From IMG/VR virus record IMGVR_UViG_3300023065_000008, positions 1 to 42,381 of that record: a DNA stretch of 42,381 bases; one strand, 5' to 3'. Origin of the DNA: a virus (Duplodnaviria; Caudoviricetes). Both the position numbers and the translations under genes were made by a program. The notes under the pieces were generated by a model. That model saw nothing but the letters and a program-made list of their open reading frames with translations, was not told where the DNA came from and did not search any database. Positions 17,961 to 27,256 of the stretch are shown one piece after another; the stretch's first letter is position 1; each line of letters opens with the position of its first letter.

Positions 17961-18347
17961 TCAGTGGGTGGTGATCACGCGGACCGTGATCAAGCCCTGG
18001 TAGGTGATGCCGTCTGCATCGCGCTGGGCGTCAGACTGCTCGACACGAACGGAGACGGCGCGGCCCACCTCAAGCGGCAGCCTGCGCTCGTCCAGGGCGG
18101 CGATGATCTCGCCGTTGATGCGCTTGACCTCGGCCTGGCCCACGGCATCAGACCATACCGATAGGTACAGCAGGCGGGTTTCGCGCTTGCGTCCAGAGAT
18201 CGGACTGCTATTAACCGTGAACTCACGGTCGATGGAGACATAAGGCATGTCAGCGTTCAGCGGCGCGCCGTCGTAGATTGGACAACTGACTTCGGCTTTG
18301 AGCCTGGCGAAGATGGCCACTTGCAGGGCCAGCGACGGATCAGCCAT
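17961..18347 (-). CDS. Tail terminator (DUF3168-type)
   Basis: ALQ.AIF.RL...IYDGAP....PYV; gene order. Confidence 0.85.
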   Translation of the reverse strand: MADPSLALQVAIFARLKAEVSCPIYDGAPLNADMPYVSIDREFTVNSSPISGRKRETRLLYLSVWSDAVGQAEVKRINGEIIAALDERRLPLEVGRAVSVRVEQSDAQRDADGITYQGLITVRVITTH

Positions 18348-18840
18348 TGCCTACCCCCTGGCTTGCCTTGCGTAGCGTGCGGCGCACAGCGGTCTCGATG
18401 TCTGCCATCACGTACTCCCGATTGACCTGCATCGAAGGACGCAACCACGGGTGCGCCGGCCTGGCCGGAATGTCCGGGTACTTGCCGAAGAAGTGGGTGC
18501 CATCGCTCTTGTTGCTGACGCGCCGGTTGCGGTCGCCAGCACGCTTGCCGCCCATGTAGCCCTTGGTCCCATACTCGATGAAGCGCAGGTAGAAAAACTT
18601 GCGGTTGTCGCGCTTACCGCGTATGCCGATCTGAGCATCTAGGCCGCTGGGCGAGACGTATATCCTCAGCGCAGCGGCAGCGGCGCCGGTGTCCTTTGGC
18701 ATCAGCTGCCGCTGCGTCTCAAGGATGCGGTTAGCCGCCTTTTCCATTTCCGGCCTGAGCTCGTTATCCATCGTCCGGTGGATGTTGCGCAGCGTCCGGC
18801 GTAGTCGGATATCGCCGCGGATGCTGGACCGGCGTTTCAT
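18340..18840 (-). CDS. HK97 gp10-family tail completion protein
   Basis: P.DTG, FIEYGT, PAHPWLRP motifs. Confidence 0.85.
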   Translation of the reverse strand: MKRRSSIRGDIRLRRTLRNIHRTMDNELRPEMEKAANRILETQRQLMPKDTGAAAAALRIYVSPSGLDAQIGIRGKRDNRKFFYLRFIEYGTKGYMGGKRAGDRNRRVSNKSDGTHFFGKYPDIPARPAHPWLRPSMQVNREYVMADIETAVRRTLRKASQGVGNG

Positions 18841-18843
18841 GCG

Positions 18844-19014
18844 CTACTCCTTGGCCTGGTCGGCCTTCGCTGGCTTGGCGGCTTTTTCCTCGACTGCCTC
18901 GGCATAGCCGCGGGCGATCAGGCCCTCGCCATACTCCCTCACTACTTCGAACTCTTCGCCCTTCTCGCGCTCGCCGGAGGCGCCCGTCAGCGGGCCCAAT
19001 GCTCGAATTTTCAT
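18844..19014 (-). CDS. Small 56-aa virion-module protein
   Basis: GAGG RBS; MKIRALGPLTGASGEREKGEEFEVVKEYGEGLIARGYAEAVEEKAAKPAKADQAKE; below the ORF-track size cut-off. Confidence 0.7.
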   Translation of the reverse strand: MKIRALGPLTGASGEREKGEEFEVVREYGEGLIARGYAEAVEEKAAKPAKADQAKE

Positions 19015-19022
19015 GTTTCACC

Positions 19023-19349
19023 TCATGGGTTGGGGACGCTGGAGCACAATAGCCTCAGCATGTCCCGTTCGTTGTTGAGTAGCGGCGACTCGATCCTGTA
19101 TGTCACGCCGGTATGCAATTCTGTGAATCGCCAGCCGGCGACAACATCAGAACGAGGCCGGATACGGATCTCAGCGCTGATAACGGCCTCAATCTGCTCA
19201 GCTACTGGTGACACCCTGCCCGTGGGCATGGTGATCTCGGCCCATACCTTCCCGACATCAGCCCATACTTGGTCGAAGCCCCCGGTTTTGTTTTGCACGC
19301 GCTCCGGCTTGCTCAGCATGCCGCGGTGCCGCATGGGTCCGGCTTTCAT
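19023..19349 (-). CDS. Head closure (head-tail adaptor) protein
   Basis: MKAGPMRHR...W..VGKVWAEI...IRIR; gene order. Confidence 0.85.
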   Translation of the reverse strand: MKAGPMRHRGMLSKPERVQNKTGGFDQVWADVGKVWAEITMPTGRVSPVAEQIEAVISAEIRIRPRSDVVAGWRFTELHTGVTYRIESPLLNNERDMLRLLCSSVPNP

Positions 19350-19648
19350 CAGAAACGCTTCCTGTACCAGAGCAGCCTTTCGACGGCGAGCGGCATGGCC
19401 GTGGCGATAGTGCCTACAGCAACAGCCTCACGGTTGGCGTACCAGTGGCCGACCAGCAGCAGGACGGCCTGCTCGACATCGCCGGTCAACCCCATCTCCT
19501 CGGGCTCAACCGGGTCGGTCTCTACCAGCTTGCGGTCACAGTGCTGCTCGACATGGGCCTTAGCCGCCGCGACGTAGCCGCCGATCAAGGCATCTTCCTC
19601 GTCGCCGTCGACCCGCAGGTGCATTTTCACGGTGGCCAGGTCGAGCAT
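19349..19648 (-). CDS. Head-tail connector (HK97 gp6-like)
   Basis: L..VK.HLRVD..EEDALI...AA, QAVLLLVGHWYANRE. Confidence 0.9.
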   Translation of the reverse strand: MLDLATVKMHLRVDGDEEDALIGGYVAAAKAHVEQHCDRKLVETDPVEPEEMGLTGDVEQAVLLLVGHWYANREAVAVGTIATAMPLAVERLLWYRKRF

Positions 19649-20005
19649 TTACTTGGCCTCGGCCGCGGCTTTTTCTGCGGCAGCCTTTTCAGCAGCCGCT
19701 TTCTCGGCCGCTTCCTTCTCGGCGGCTTCCTTCTCAACTGCCGCTTTTTCTGCTGCAGCCTTCTCAGCGGCGGCTTTCTCGGCAGCAGCCTTGTCTTCCT
19801 TGGGTGCCGCAGGCTTGGTTTCCTTCGGCTTCGTCACCCGCGGCTTGCCATTCGCGTCAACCTCGACGGCCAGGCCTTTGCCAATCAGGGTGTGGGCGTA
19901 CTCGTCATCCGCGTCATCGAAAGTTGCGCCAGCCTTGACCTTGTTCGAGTCGGCGCCGAGCAACGCACCGTTGCCGACAAAGCCCCACAGAATCTTGATT
20001 TTCAT
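19649..20005 (-). CDS. Capsid-adjacent protein with (AAEKA)n tail
   Basis: ATG 20005 with GGAGG RBS; about 9 pentapeptide repeats at the C-terminus. Confidence 0.75.
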   Translation of the reverse strand: MKIKILWGFVGNGALLGADSNKVKAGATFDDADDEYAHTLIGKGLAVEVDANGKPRVTKPKETKPAAPKEDKAAAEKAAAEKAAAEKAAVEKEAAEKEAAEKAAAEKAAAEKAAAEAK

Positions 20006-20063
20006 GTTGCCTCCAGAAACGACAGAGCCGGCGCTGAGCCGGCCCTTGGTCGGGGGTGGTGGA

Positions 20064-21263
20064 TTAGGCAGCGGTCGGGAACCGGCCCTTGACCAGCGCC
20101 TCGCGGCGGCGGACACCGAGGCCCAGGCGCTCTTCGACCAGCAGCGCGCGCTCGTTCTTGATGAACTGGTCGTTGATCAGGCCCATCTTGAACAGGAACG
20201 ACATGCGATCGAACAGCGTGGTAGAACGCGCAAAGTTGGCGGTAAGGAATTCGCCGCCGGTGTCTCCGTCGCCCTCGTCCATGCTGTCGGAGGTGATCAC
20301 CGGGCGCCCCCACAGGATTGGAGTGACCAGGCCCTGCAGGTTGGCGAACAGATAGCGGTTCTCGCCATCCTTCTGCAGCTCGATGTTCATCCAGTCCAGT
20401 TCGGTCATGACCACACCATCGGCGGACATTTGCGACTGCTTGCGCACCTGGTAGATGGATCGACGGACCAAGTCGATGGCAGTATCGCCAGCTTTGCTCA
20501 GCGCGGTGTTGTAGTTGGTTGCCTGGGTCATCAGGCCGTTCAGGTTTTCGCCTGTACCGTCGCCTTTGAGGATCTGCGCCTCTTCCTCCAGCTTCAGGTC
20601 GTAACGCAGCAGCTGCTGCAGGTAGGCGAACAGCTGAGGGACGTCGTCCAACGCCTCGTCGGTCACCGGCATCCAGACCGCGATCTTCTTTACGCGGTCG
20701 GTTTCGGTGGTGAAGGTGACGTTGCTGGTCGGCTTCAGACCGCCCTCGGCCACCGGAGCCGCACCGCGGGTGTGCAGGTTCTCGCGGAAGTAGGTGTAGT
20801 TCTGGCCCGACACCGGCACAGCAGTCAGCAGATCACGAATGCGCAGCTCCTGGCGAATACCCGGCTGGATCACTGGATCGTATTGCGGGGCAACGATGCC
20901 AGCGCTGGTGACCTTCATTTCCTTCATGCTGGCCATGTCGGACTTGGTCACATCGAGTTCGGCCAGGCCACCGCCGCGCTTCAGGGATTTGTAGCTCTCG
21001 TCGCCCTTGATCAGGTCGATGAAGCTTTTGCCCTCGCCTGGTTGGCCGCGCAGCTTGACGCCTTTTTGCTCCAGGTCCACGACTTGGTCGATGACCTTTT
21101 GCAGCTCGCCCTTCTGGTCTTCGATCTGCTTTTTCAGGTCGCCAGCCACTTGGTTGCCTTTCTGGACCTCGTCCATGGCCGCATCGTACTTCTTCTGCAG
21201 CCCCTCGAAGCCGCTCTTCAGCTGCAGCTCCAGGGAGTCCTTCAATTCTTTTACTTCGCTCAT
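20064..21263 (-). CDS. Major capsid protein, HK97 fold with N-terminal delta domain
   Basis: Coiled-coil N-terminus, VAEG..KP, KKIAVW..V..E.L.D, ILKGDGTGENLNGL, LWGRPV. Confidence 0.95.
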   Translation of the reverse strand: MSEVKELKDSLELQLKSGFEGLQKKYDAAMDEVQKGNQVAGDLKKQIEDQKGELQKVIDQVVDLEQKGVKLRGQPGEGKSFIDLIKGDESYKSLKRGGGLAELDVTKSDMASMKEMKVTSAGIVAPQYDPVIQPGIRQELRIRDLLTAVPVSGQNYTYFRENLHTRGAAPVAEGGLKPTSNVTFTTETDRVKKIAVWMPVTDEALDDVPQLFAYLQQLLRYDLKLEEEAQILKGDGTGENLNGLMTQATNYNTALSKAGDTAIDLVRRSIYQVRKQSQMSADGVVMTELDWMNIELQKDGENRYLFANLQGLVTPILWGRPVITSDSMDEGDGDTGGEFLTANFARSTTLFDRMSFLFKMGLINDQFIKNERALLVEERLGLGVRRREALVKGRFPTAA

Positions 21264-21901
21264 CGTGCTACTCCGAAATGGTGGGTGAACAGGTTGGAAA
21301 TGTCTTTCAGCTCATCCACGATCGCCGTGGCCTCGCTCCCGCCGTCACGGCGTAGCGCGGTGTAGCCGAGCGAAGCGACTGCCGCCGCTTCCTTCTGCGA
21401 GAGGCCCATGCGTTCGCGCAGAGCCTTCTCGAAAAGCCTGATATCCGACTTGACGCTGAGGACTTGTGCCTCGGGATTCATGCCGAACGGGACAAAGGAG
21501 GCCTCCCACAGTTCGGCCTCCTTGATGACGCGAACACGCCGGCCAGCGCGCTCCTCGAAATCAGCCTTTAGGGTGTTGAAGCCAATCGACATGCTGTCGA
21601 GGACTTCGTCTTTCATCAGCTCGTATGCGTCGCGCGCGTAGCTGACCTTGAGATTGACCTGCCCTTTCAGGAGCAGGCCATGATCGTCCGAGGTGAAGTC
21701 GGCGGCGCCGACCAGGCGGGTCAGGTCGTGATACAGGGCAAGCTTGAGCTTGCCGCCTCGGGTTGCCTTCACCCGAGTGAAGGCCCCGGGCACGATCACA
21801 TCGTCACCAAGGTCCACGTTGTTGAATACCGCCGCGTAGCCCTCGAAGTTGCCGGCCTCGTCAACGGACTTGAGCTCAAACGGACATTCAAGGTTCACCA
21901 T
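21260..21901 (-). CDS. HK97-family prohead protease
   Basis: FEGYAAVFN.VD...DVI.PGAF, H, SMSIGF, LWEASFVPFGMNPEA. Confidence 0.93.
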   Translation of the reverse strand: MVNLECPFELKSVDEAGNFEGYAAVFNNVDLGDDVIVPGAFTRVKATRGGKLKLALYHDLTRLVGAADFTSDDHGLLLKGQVNLKVSYARDAYELMKDEVLDSMSIGFNTLKADFEERAGRRVRVIKEAELWEASFVPFGMNPEAQVLSVKSDIRLFEKALRERMGLSQKEAAAVASLGYTALRRDGGSEATAIVDELKDISNLFTHHFGVAR

Positions 21902-23102
21902 TCTTCTCCATCTCCCACCGGGTGACCCGGTTGTATTCGTCGCCTTCCAGGGGAGGCAGGTTTTCCTTCACGCGGACTTCGTTGATGGTCATCCAGCCGG
22001 AGCCGCCCGAACCGCCAAGTGCACTTCCGTAGTAGGTGGCACGGCCGGCGCTATCCGCACGCAGCAGGCCCTCGACGGCGAATTCGCAAAAGCGCGTCGC
22101 CGTTCGATAGAGCTTGTCGTTGAACTCGTCCTCTACCGCATCGATGAAGGGCTTGAGGCCGAAGGTGATGTAGCCGGTGAGCTGCTGCTCAAGGTTGGAG
22201 CCCATGATTGAGGTCTTGCCGGCGCGGTTGGCCAGCCAGAGCGGCACACCGTAGATGCCCGCCAGGGCTTCTTCCTGGAACTGCTGCGACTCGATGAATT
22301 GCGCATCCCTCTGGCTGATGCCAGCCGGGACGATCTTAGGGTTGCCCTGGAGAATCGCCATCTTGCCGATGTCGTCGGCGTCGGCCTTTCGCACATCGGG
22401 AAACTTCTCCATGACCTGAGCCTGTTGGGCCTTGGTCAGGAACTGCTCGTAGATGACGTAGCCGCCGGTAAAGCCGCCCTTGCGCATGAAGCGCGCCGAC
22501 CACTGCTGGCCGGCCTTCGCCAGCCCCATGGTCTCGGCCTGGTGCTCGATCGGCGAGAGGCCAACGATGCCATCCAGGCTGAACAGCTTGAAATGCAGCA
22601 TGTTCTCGGGCGACACCGGGTAGGGGGCGCCCTCACTTGGCTCGACCACATAAAGCAGGTCGTCTTCGGTGTCGATCTTAACCGTCCGCCAATCCAGCGG
22701 TACCAGACCGATCGGGTCACCATTCCTGTTCCGCTCGATCAGGGCGAAGGCGTTGCCTCGCAGTGCCATGTTCACGACCACGAACTTGAGGAAGTTCAGC
22801 ATGGTCATGTAGGGGTTCGGCTTGCGCAGCAGCTTGAGCATTCGGTCGTTACCGGTCACCAACGCCCGGCCGCCGTCCTTGTCCTCGTAAAGCTTGAGCG
22901 GGAGACCGCTCAACGACTCGGAAAGGATCTTGACGCAGGACCAGACCATGCTGATCGATAATGCTGTCTTTGCGCTGACTCTTACCCCCGCCTTGGTGCG
23001 TTTGCCTCCGACCTCCAGGTCCACATCAACGCTGTTGCCCGTGACCGGGTCCGTATAGCTGAAGAAGTCCCAAGTCGCGGGGTTGTACCATTTGAATGCC
23101 AT
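21888..23102 (-). CDS. Portal protein, HK97 family
   Basis: VWSCV..LS..LSGLPL, KPNPYMT, LRGNAF, G.VGLSPI, WMTINEVR..ENLPP. Confidence 0.95.
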   Translation of the reverse strand: MAFKWYNPATWDFFSYTDPVTGNSVDVDLEVGGKRTKAGVRVSAKTALSISMVWSCVKILSESLSGLPLKLYEDKDGGRALVTGNDRMLKLLRKPNPYMTMLNFLKFVVVNMALRGNAFALIERNRNGDPIGLVPLDWRTVKIDTEDDLLYVVEPSEGAPYPVSPENMLHFKLFSLDGIVGLSPIEHQAETMGLAKAGQQWSARFMRKGGFTGGYVIYEQFLTKAQQAQVMEKFPDVRKADADDIGKMAILQGNPKIVPAGISQRDAQFIESQQFQEEALAGIYGVPLWLANRAGKTSIMGSNLEQQLTGYITFGLKPFIDAVEDEFNDKLYRTATRFCEFAVEGLLRADSAGRATYYGSALGGSGGSGWMTINEVRVKENLPPLEGDEYNRVTRWEMEKNGEP

Positions 23103-23104
23103 GG

Positions 23105-24793
23105 TCAGCCTATGAGTTCAAAGAATCCGTTTTCGAGGTAGTCAGCCATCCCGCCCTGCGCCTCTGGGTTCAGAGCGATGAGCGTCACGGCATTGAACAG
23201 AGCCATTAGGGGGTCGATCTTTGCCGATCCGCTGGCCTGCTTTGTGATGAGGATTGCGTTGCCTCTGGGCTCGACGCGGGCGTTCCCGCAGCACCAGGCC
23301 ATCAGGGGTTGACCGCCATGCCACATACCGCCTTCTGCCAGCTTGCGCTCAGCGGTCTTGATTGCTCCGCCGAGCGTGTAACCCTGTTTCACTCCACCGA
23401 TCTTCTCGCGAGGGATGCCCCGGGCCTCGAGGGCATCGAGGATCGCGCCAATTCCCACCGGGTCGAGCCCTACCTGATCGAGTAGGCCGGCCTCCTCCAC
23501 CTGGGCGACAAGCTCGGCGATTTGGTCCACGTCGTCGCCGATGCGCTCAACCAGCGTCAGGTGCCCATCGTTGGCGAAGTCACGGATGCGGGGCGCCTCG
23601 GCCTTGCGCCTCTCCAGCACCGAGGGGTGAGCCCAGGCATGCGTCCAGGTAAGCCACCGGCGGCTATCGCGCTCGCGCCCCACTGCGGCAAAGCCAAGCA
23701 AGTCATCAAGGCCACCCCCGTCGATGCCGATGTCGATCACCTCGCACCGCTCTATCAGGTCCTCCAGCGTCCGGCAGTCATCCGACGCCTGCCGCTCCCA
23801 GTAGTCGGCGCCGGCCCAACGATCTGAGAGCAGCGCCAAGCCGATCTCGACGTTGAGGTGTTTGGCTAGGAAGCCGCGGAACGACTCTTCGCCATCCATC
23901 TGCGCCTGGGCATAGCCACGCTCAATGAATGGCTCATCAACCGACAGGCCCAGATTGGGGTTGGTGATGTAAGCGTTGGAAAAGTCTCGATGCGCTCCAG
24001 CGTCGAGCATCGCCTTTGGAAACTCGTACAGCACCGGCAAGAACGACTTGTCGACGATCTCGCCGTCGCGCACCTTGCGGGCGTACATGAGTTTCTGCCG
24101 GAACACGCCGGCCGGCGGCGCATCGGATTGAGTGGTGGCCCAGATGATGAAGCCCTCGGGGCGTGACGCCAGGCCGCCAGTTGCTTCGCGAAGCATGGCC
24201 TCAGCATTGTTCCGCTTGCCGAACACCCAGAGTTCGTCGATGAACACACCGATTGCCTTTTTGCCAGACACGGTCTCGCTGTCGGCTGCCACCACCTTCA
24301 AGGTCGCATTGGTCTGGTGATGGGTCACCGTCCGAATGTGGTCTTGAACTTTGAGCAGCGCCGATAATTCCTCATCGGCCCGCACCATGTCGCGGATCGG
24401 GATGTAGGAGTTGTCGGCAATCTCCTTGGTGGGAGCCAGGATGATGAACTCGCCCGATGGTCGCCAGTTGAGGATCAGAGCCGTCAGCATGATGCCGGCA
24501 GCGATCGTCGATTTGCCGTTCTTCTTGCTGATCAGCAGCATGAACTCGCTGACTAGGCGCCGGCCCTCGTCGGGGTCGTAGGCGCCGAAGATTGCGGCCA
24601 CGAACTGATTCACCCAGTCGCGAACGGTCTCGCACATCAGCGGGCTGCCGGTGGCATCGACCATTCGCAGGGCGCCGAACACCTCCAGAGCTTCCTCAGC
24701 CTCGCTCGGGAACAGCGGGTCGAACGGGATCAGGCTCTGGCGCGCAACGATGCGCTTTTCCCAGTCAGGGCATGCAGTGGTCCAGTCCATCAC
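23105..24793 (-). CDS. terL: Terminase large subunit
   Basis: Walker A ISKKNGKST, Walker B VFIDELW, nuclease GIDGGGLDDL, KIDPLMA. Confidence 0.95.
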   Translation of the reverse strand: MMDWTTACPDWEKRIVARQSLIPFDPLFPSEAEEALEVFGALRMVDATGSPLMCETVRDWVNQFVAAIFGAYDPDEGRRLVSEFMLLISKKNGKSTIAAGIMLTALILNWRPSGEFIILAPTKEIADNSYIPIRDMVRADEELSALLKVQDHIRTVTHHQTNATLKVVAADSETVSGKKAIGVFIDELWVFGKRNNAEAMLREATGGLASRPEGFIIWATTQSDAPPAGVFRQKLMYARKVRDGEIVDKSFLPVLYEFPKAMLDAGAHRDFSNAYITNPNLGLSVDEPFIERGYAQAQMDGEESFRGFLAKHLNVEIGLALLSDRWAGADYWERQASDDCRTLEDLIERCEVIDIGIDGGGLDDLLGFAAVGRERDSRRWLTWTHAWAHPSVLERRKAEAPRIRDFANDGHLTLVERIGDDVDQIAELVAQVEEAGLLDQVGLDPVGIGAILDALEARGIPREKIGGVKQGYTLGGAIKTAERKLAEGGMWHGGQPLMAWCCGNARVEPRGNAILITKQASGSAKIDPLMALFNAVTLIALNPEAQGGMADYLENGFFELIG

Positions 24794-25332
24794 TTCACCG
24801 ATCGCAGCGGGCCGCGACGGGCGCCGAATTTACCAGCAGCTGCCTCGGCAGCTTTATCTTTTGCTTGCTCCTTCTTGCCGCTCTCCCCTCTACGGGCATG
24901 CACGAAGGGCATCAGGGCTTTGGCTGCATCAACGCGCAGCTTGGCCTCGGTGCCCAGGTCATTCATGACCGCGAGCAGGAAGTCTTTCGGGTCTTTGTGG
25001 GATAGCGCCTGGGAGAGGTCGAAACCGGCCGGCTCCCACTCACCTTCAAGGCTGTGGGCAGCTGCTGCGGGCTCAGTCGGCGATGTGCTCGCGGGCTGCT
25101 CGCAAGCGCCGCCTTTAACATCGTCTTTAACATCAGCTTTAACATCACCAGGCATCAGGCCGAGCGCTCGAAGCTTCTTCAGCTCGGCGGCAACATCGGG
25201 ATCCTTGGCCAGCCGTGATCCGGCTGCAGATGCTGATTTTGCTGGGCATCCCGCCGCAATGGCTGCGTCTCGATTGGACGCACCTCCCCTCAGCGCGGCG
25301 ATAAATGCGCGCTTCTTGGGTGTTAAAGCCAT
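24790..25332 (-). CDS. terS: Terminase small subunit
   Basis: LTPKKRAF...SNRDAAIAAG...SASAAGSRL HTH; upstream of terL. Confidence 0.85.
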   Translation of the reverse strand: MALTPKKRAFIAALRGGASNRDAAIAAGCPAKSASAAGSRLAKDPDVAAELKKLRALGLMPGDVKADVKDDVKGGACEQPASTSPTEPAAAAHSLEGEWEPAGFDLSQALSHKDPKDFLLAVMNDLGTEAKLRVDAAKALMPFVHARRGESGKKEQAKDKAAEAAAGKFGARRGPLRSVK

Positions 25333-25477
25333 TTAACAAAAATCCTGTGGGGGGAAAAAATCTGTGCGTGGGATCGGAGGCGGTCTAGCTACGTGAGAAT
25401 CGCTATATTTTATCCTCCCCCCACCTAGCGGCACGTCACTGGCGTGCCGCGAACCCTTCCGGCGCCGATCGCCGGCT
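25333..25477. other. Probable cos region
   Basis: Non-coding gap between HNH and terS with G-runs flanking a GC-rich core (about 25371-25384), the usual cos position in HK97-like phages; exact ends are inferred only. Confidence 0.55.
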
Positions 25478-25822
25478 TCAGCCAGCCAGGCCAGCAGCAG
25501 CTTCCTCGGCCTGCTTGACCGAGTCGTGGCAGGGCTTGCAGAGGGGCTGCCAGTTGCCCTGATCCCAGAAGAGATCCTTGTCGCCTCGGTGCGCAACGAT
25601 GTGGTCGACGATATTCGCGCCGGCGGTTCGACCAATCCTCGCGCAGTACACGCAGAGCGGGTTGTCTCGCAGGTACTGCTCGCGCGCCTTCTGCCACTTG
25701 TAGTCGTAGCCTCGCTGGGAACTGGTCATTCCGCTCCGCCAGCTGCCTGGCGCGACCGTCTTGACCCGTGATCCTGCGCTTTCCTTGATGCGTGAACCCA
25801 AGGTCTTTAGCCTGGCCATCAC
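25478..25822 (-). CDS. Terminase-associated HNH endonuclease (HK97 gp74-like)
   Basis: RGY..KW..AR..YL..NPLC..C...VDHI.AH.GD..LFWD..NWQPLC.PCHDS.K. Confidence 0.9.
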   Translation of the reverse strand: MMARLKTLGSRIKESAGSRVKTVAPGSWRSGMTSSQRGYDYKWQKAREQYLRDNPLCVYCARIGRTAGANIVDHIVAHRGDKDLFWDQGNWQPLCKPCHDSVKQAEEAAAGLAG

Positions 25823-26139
25823 TGCGTCACTCTGTTGAGAGCCTCATCGGCCTTGTCGGCTGCTTGGGTCGCGGTGGTTGCTGCCTTCGATGCCTTGGTC
25901 GCGGCACTCTCGGCCTTGCTGGTCAGCTCATCCAGGCGCTTATCACGCTCAGTCATGGCGGCGTCGTAGGCTTGGCGAATCTCGTCGACCTGGCGTGCCT
26001 GGGTGCTCGCCATGGCCCAATAAGCCGACTGCCAACCCAGTACCGCACCACCCGCGATTAGCAGTATGGCGATGATCCATACCTCAGCCCGTCGCCACCA
26101 GCGTCGGGCTATGAATTCCAATGCGCATTTGTCCATCAC
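25819..26139 (-). CDS. Single-TM coiled-coil protein (holin-associated?)
   Basis: Basic RRWWRR followed by a TM helix and coiled coil; coupled to neighbours. Confidence 0.6.
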   Translation of the reverse strand: MMDKCALEFIARRWWRRAEVWIIAILLIAGGAVLGWQSAYWAMASTQARQVDEIRQAYDAAMTERDKRLDELTSKAESAATKASKAATTATQAADKADEALNRVTQ

Positions 26140-26507
26140 TTGGCACCTCCAAGCTGAGCGCGAAGCCGCGAGATCTCCTCGCTTTGGGTGGTGACCTTGT
26201 CGGTCAGCTGCTCAACCTGCCTGGTCAAGGCTAGGATGTTGCCCTCCAGGCGCCCGACCGATATCGCCAGATCATTGCGCTCTTTGGCGAACTGATCAGC
26301 GCGGGCTTCCGCCAGCTTGCGGGCTTCGCGCTCGGAGTCGAGCAATTCATTCAAGCGGCGGACGGTGCCGATATCGGCGTTATCCATGGCGCGGTCTGCG
26401 GCATCTTTCGAGAGGAACTTCCTCAGCCAAAGGAAGCCGCCGAGCAATACAGTGCCCGTTCCGCCCAGCCAGGTGGCTGTGCCTGGGCCGAGGTCGGTCG
26501 GGTCCAT
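26136..26507 (-). CDS. Putative holin-like protein (N-terminal TM, coiled coil)
   Basis: First conserved-type gene of the late operon; GGAG RBS. Confidence 0.55.
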   Translation of the reverse strand: MDPTDLGPGTATWLGGTGTVLLGGFLWLRKFLSKDAADRAMDNADIGTVRRLNELLDSEREARKLAEARADQFAKERNDLAISVGRLEGNILALTRQVEQLTDKVTTQSEEISRLRAQLGGAK

Positions 26508-26524
26508 CGATGTCTCCAGAAACG

Positions 26525-26550
26525 AAAAGCCCCAGCGGATGCTGAGGCTT
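26525..26550 (-). terminator. Intrinsic terminator after moron
   Basis: AAGCCTCAGC-atcc-GCTGGGGCTTTT on the minus strand. Confidence 0.7.
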
Positions 26551-26583
26551 GAGTGTGCCTATGTTTTAGGTGTGTGCTGTAGC

Positions 26584-27129
26584 TTAAACCAAGAGTGCCT
26601 GTTCATCGCCTTCCAAAGCCCTCAAGGTCTCTCCAATCATTTCGTTGACTATCGCGAACCGGTTACCAGCGGCGAACACAGTGTTTTCCGACTCTTTGAA
26701 CGAGCTGGCAAACGGCAGTTGAGAGCAGAGTTCCGACAGCTCATCGACAGCGGTTCTTAGCCGACTATCGTGGATCCTGACCTTTATCAGCGATACCTCG
26801 CGGAATGCGGCTCGGGTTTGCTCGTTTAAGTCCTCTGGCAGCATAGCCTTGCCCCAAATCCCGGTCTTGTGGAAAACGTCTGCATCCGAAATGTGACCCA
26901 AAGAGGAGCAGCGAACCAGGATGGAAATAGCCACCTGAAGGTCACCCAGCGCTTTTCGTTGGGATTCAATCCGCTGCATCAAAATTGCTTCTTTGCGCTT
27001 TTCGAATCGCACTGCTTTTTCGACTGCCGCTTTCCTGCCTTCAATCAGGACATCGAAACCCGCTTTGAGCATCACCCCGACGACCAAGGTGACTACGGGA
27101 AACCAAACAGAAGGGCTTAGCTCATCCAT
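26584..27129 (-). CDS. Moron, 181 aa, N-terminal TM plus helical domain
   Basis: AAGGA RBS, AT-richer codons, flanked by terminators. Confidence 0.75.
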   Translation of the reverse strand: MDELSPSVWFPVVTLVVGVMLKAGFDVLIEGRKAAVEKAVRFEKRKEAILMQRIESQRKALGDLQVAISILVRCSSLGHISDADVFHKTGIWGKAMLPEDLNEQTRAAFREVSLIKVRIHDSRLRTAVDELSELCSQLPFASSFKESENTVFAAGNRFAIVNEMIGETLRALEGDEQALLV

Positions 27130-27171
27130 GATGTACGTCCTTAGCGCTGGGAAGCCTATCCCCAGACAGCG

Positions 27172-27198
27172 AAAAGCCCGCTCCTAGGAACGGGCTTT
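27172..27198 (-). terminator. Late terminator tR'
   Basis: AAAGCCCG-N10-CGGGCTTTT just downstream of pR'. Confidence 0.75.
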
Positions 27199-27227
27199 GC
27201 ACGCGGAAAAACCGCAAAGTAACGTGA

Positions 27228-27256
27228 AATGTACTGATACTCCCCGGGGCTGTCAA
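27228..27256 (-). promoter_or_regulatory. Late promoter pR'
   Basis: TTGACA (27256-27251), 17 bp, TACATT (27233-27228) overlapping the Q stop; a -10-like TACTTT follows, as in Q-dependent pause elements. Confidence 0.8.

Noticed and set aside
19656-19795. CRISPR-like array from 15-bp repeats
   Set aside because: Degenerate in-frame tandem repeats with no spacers; no cas genes
19632-21365. 577-aa plus-strand ORF
   Set aside because: Antisense shadow of the capsid and AAEKA genes, expected in high-GC DNA
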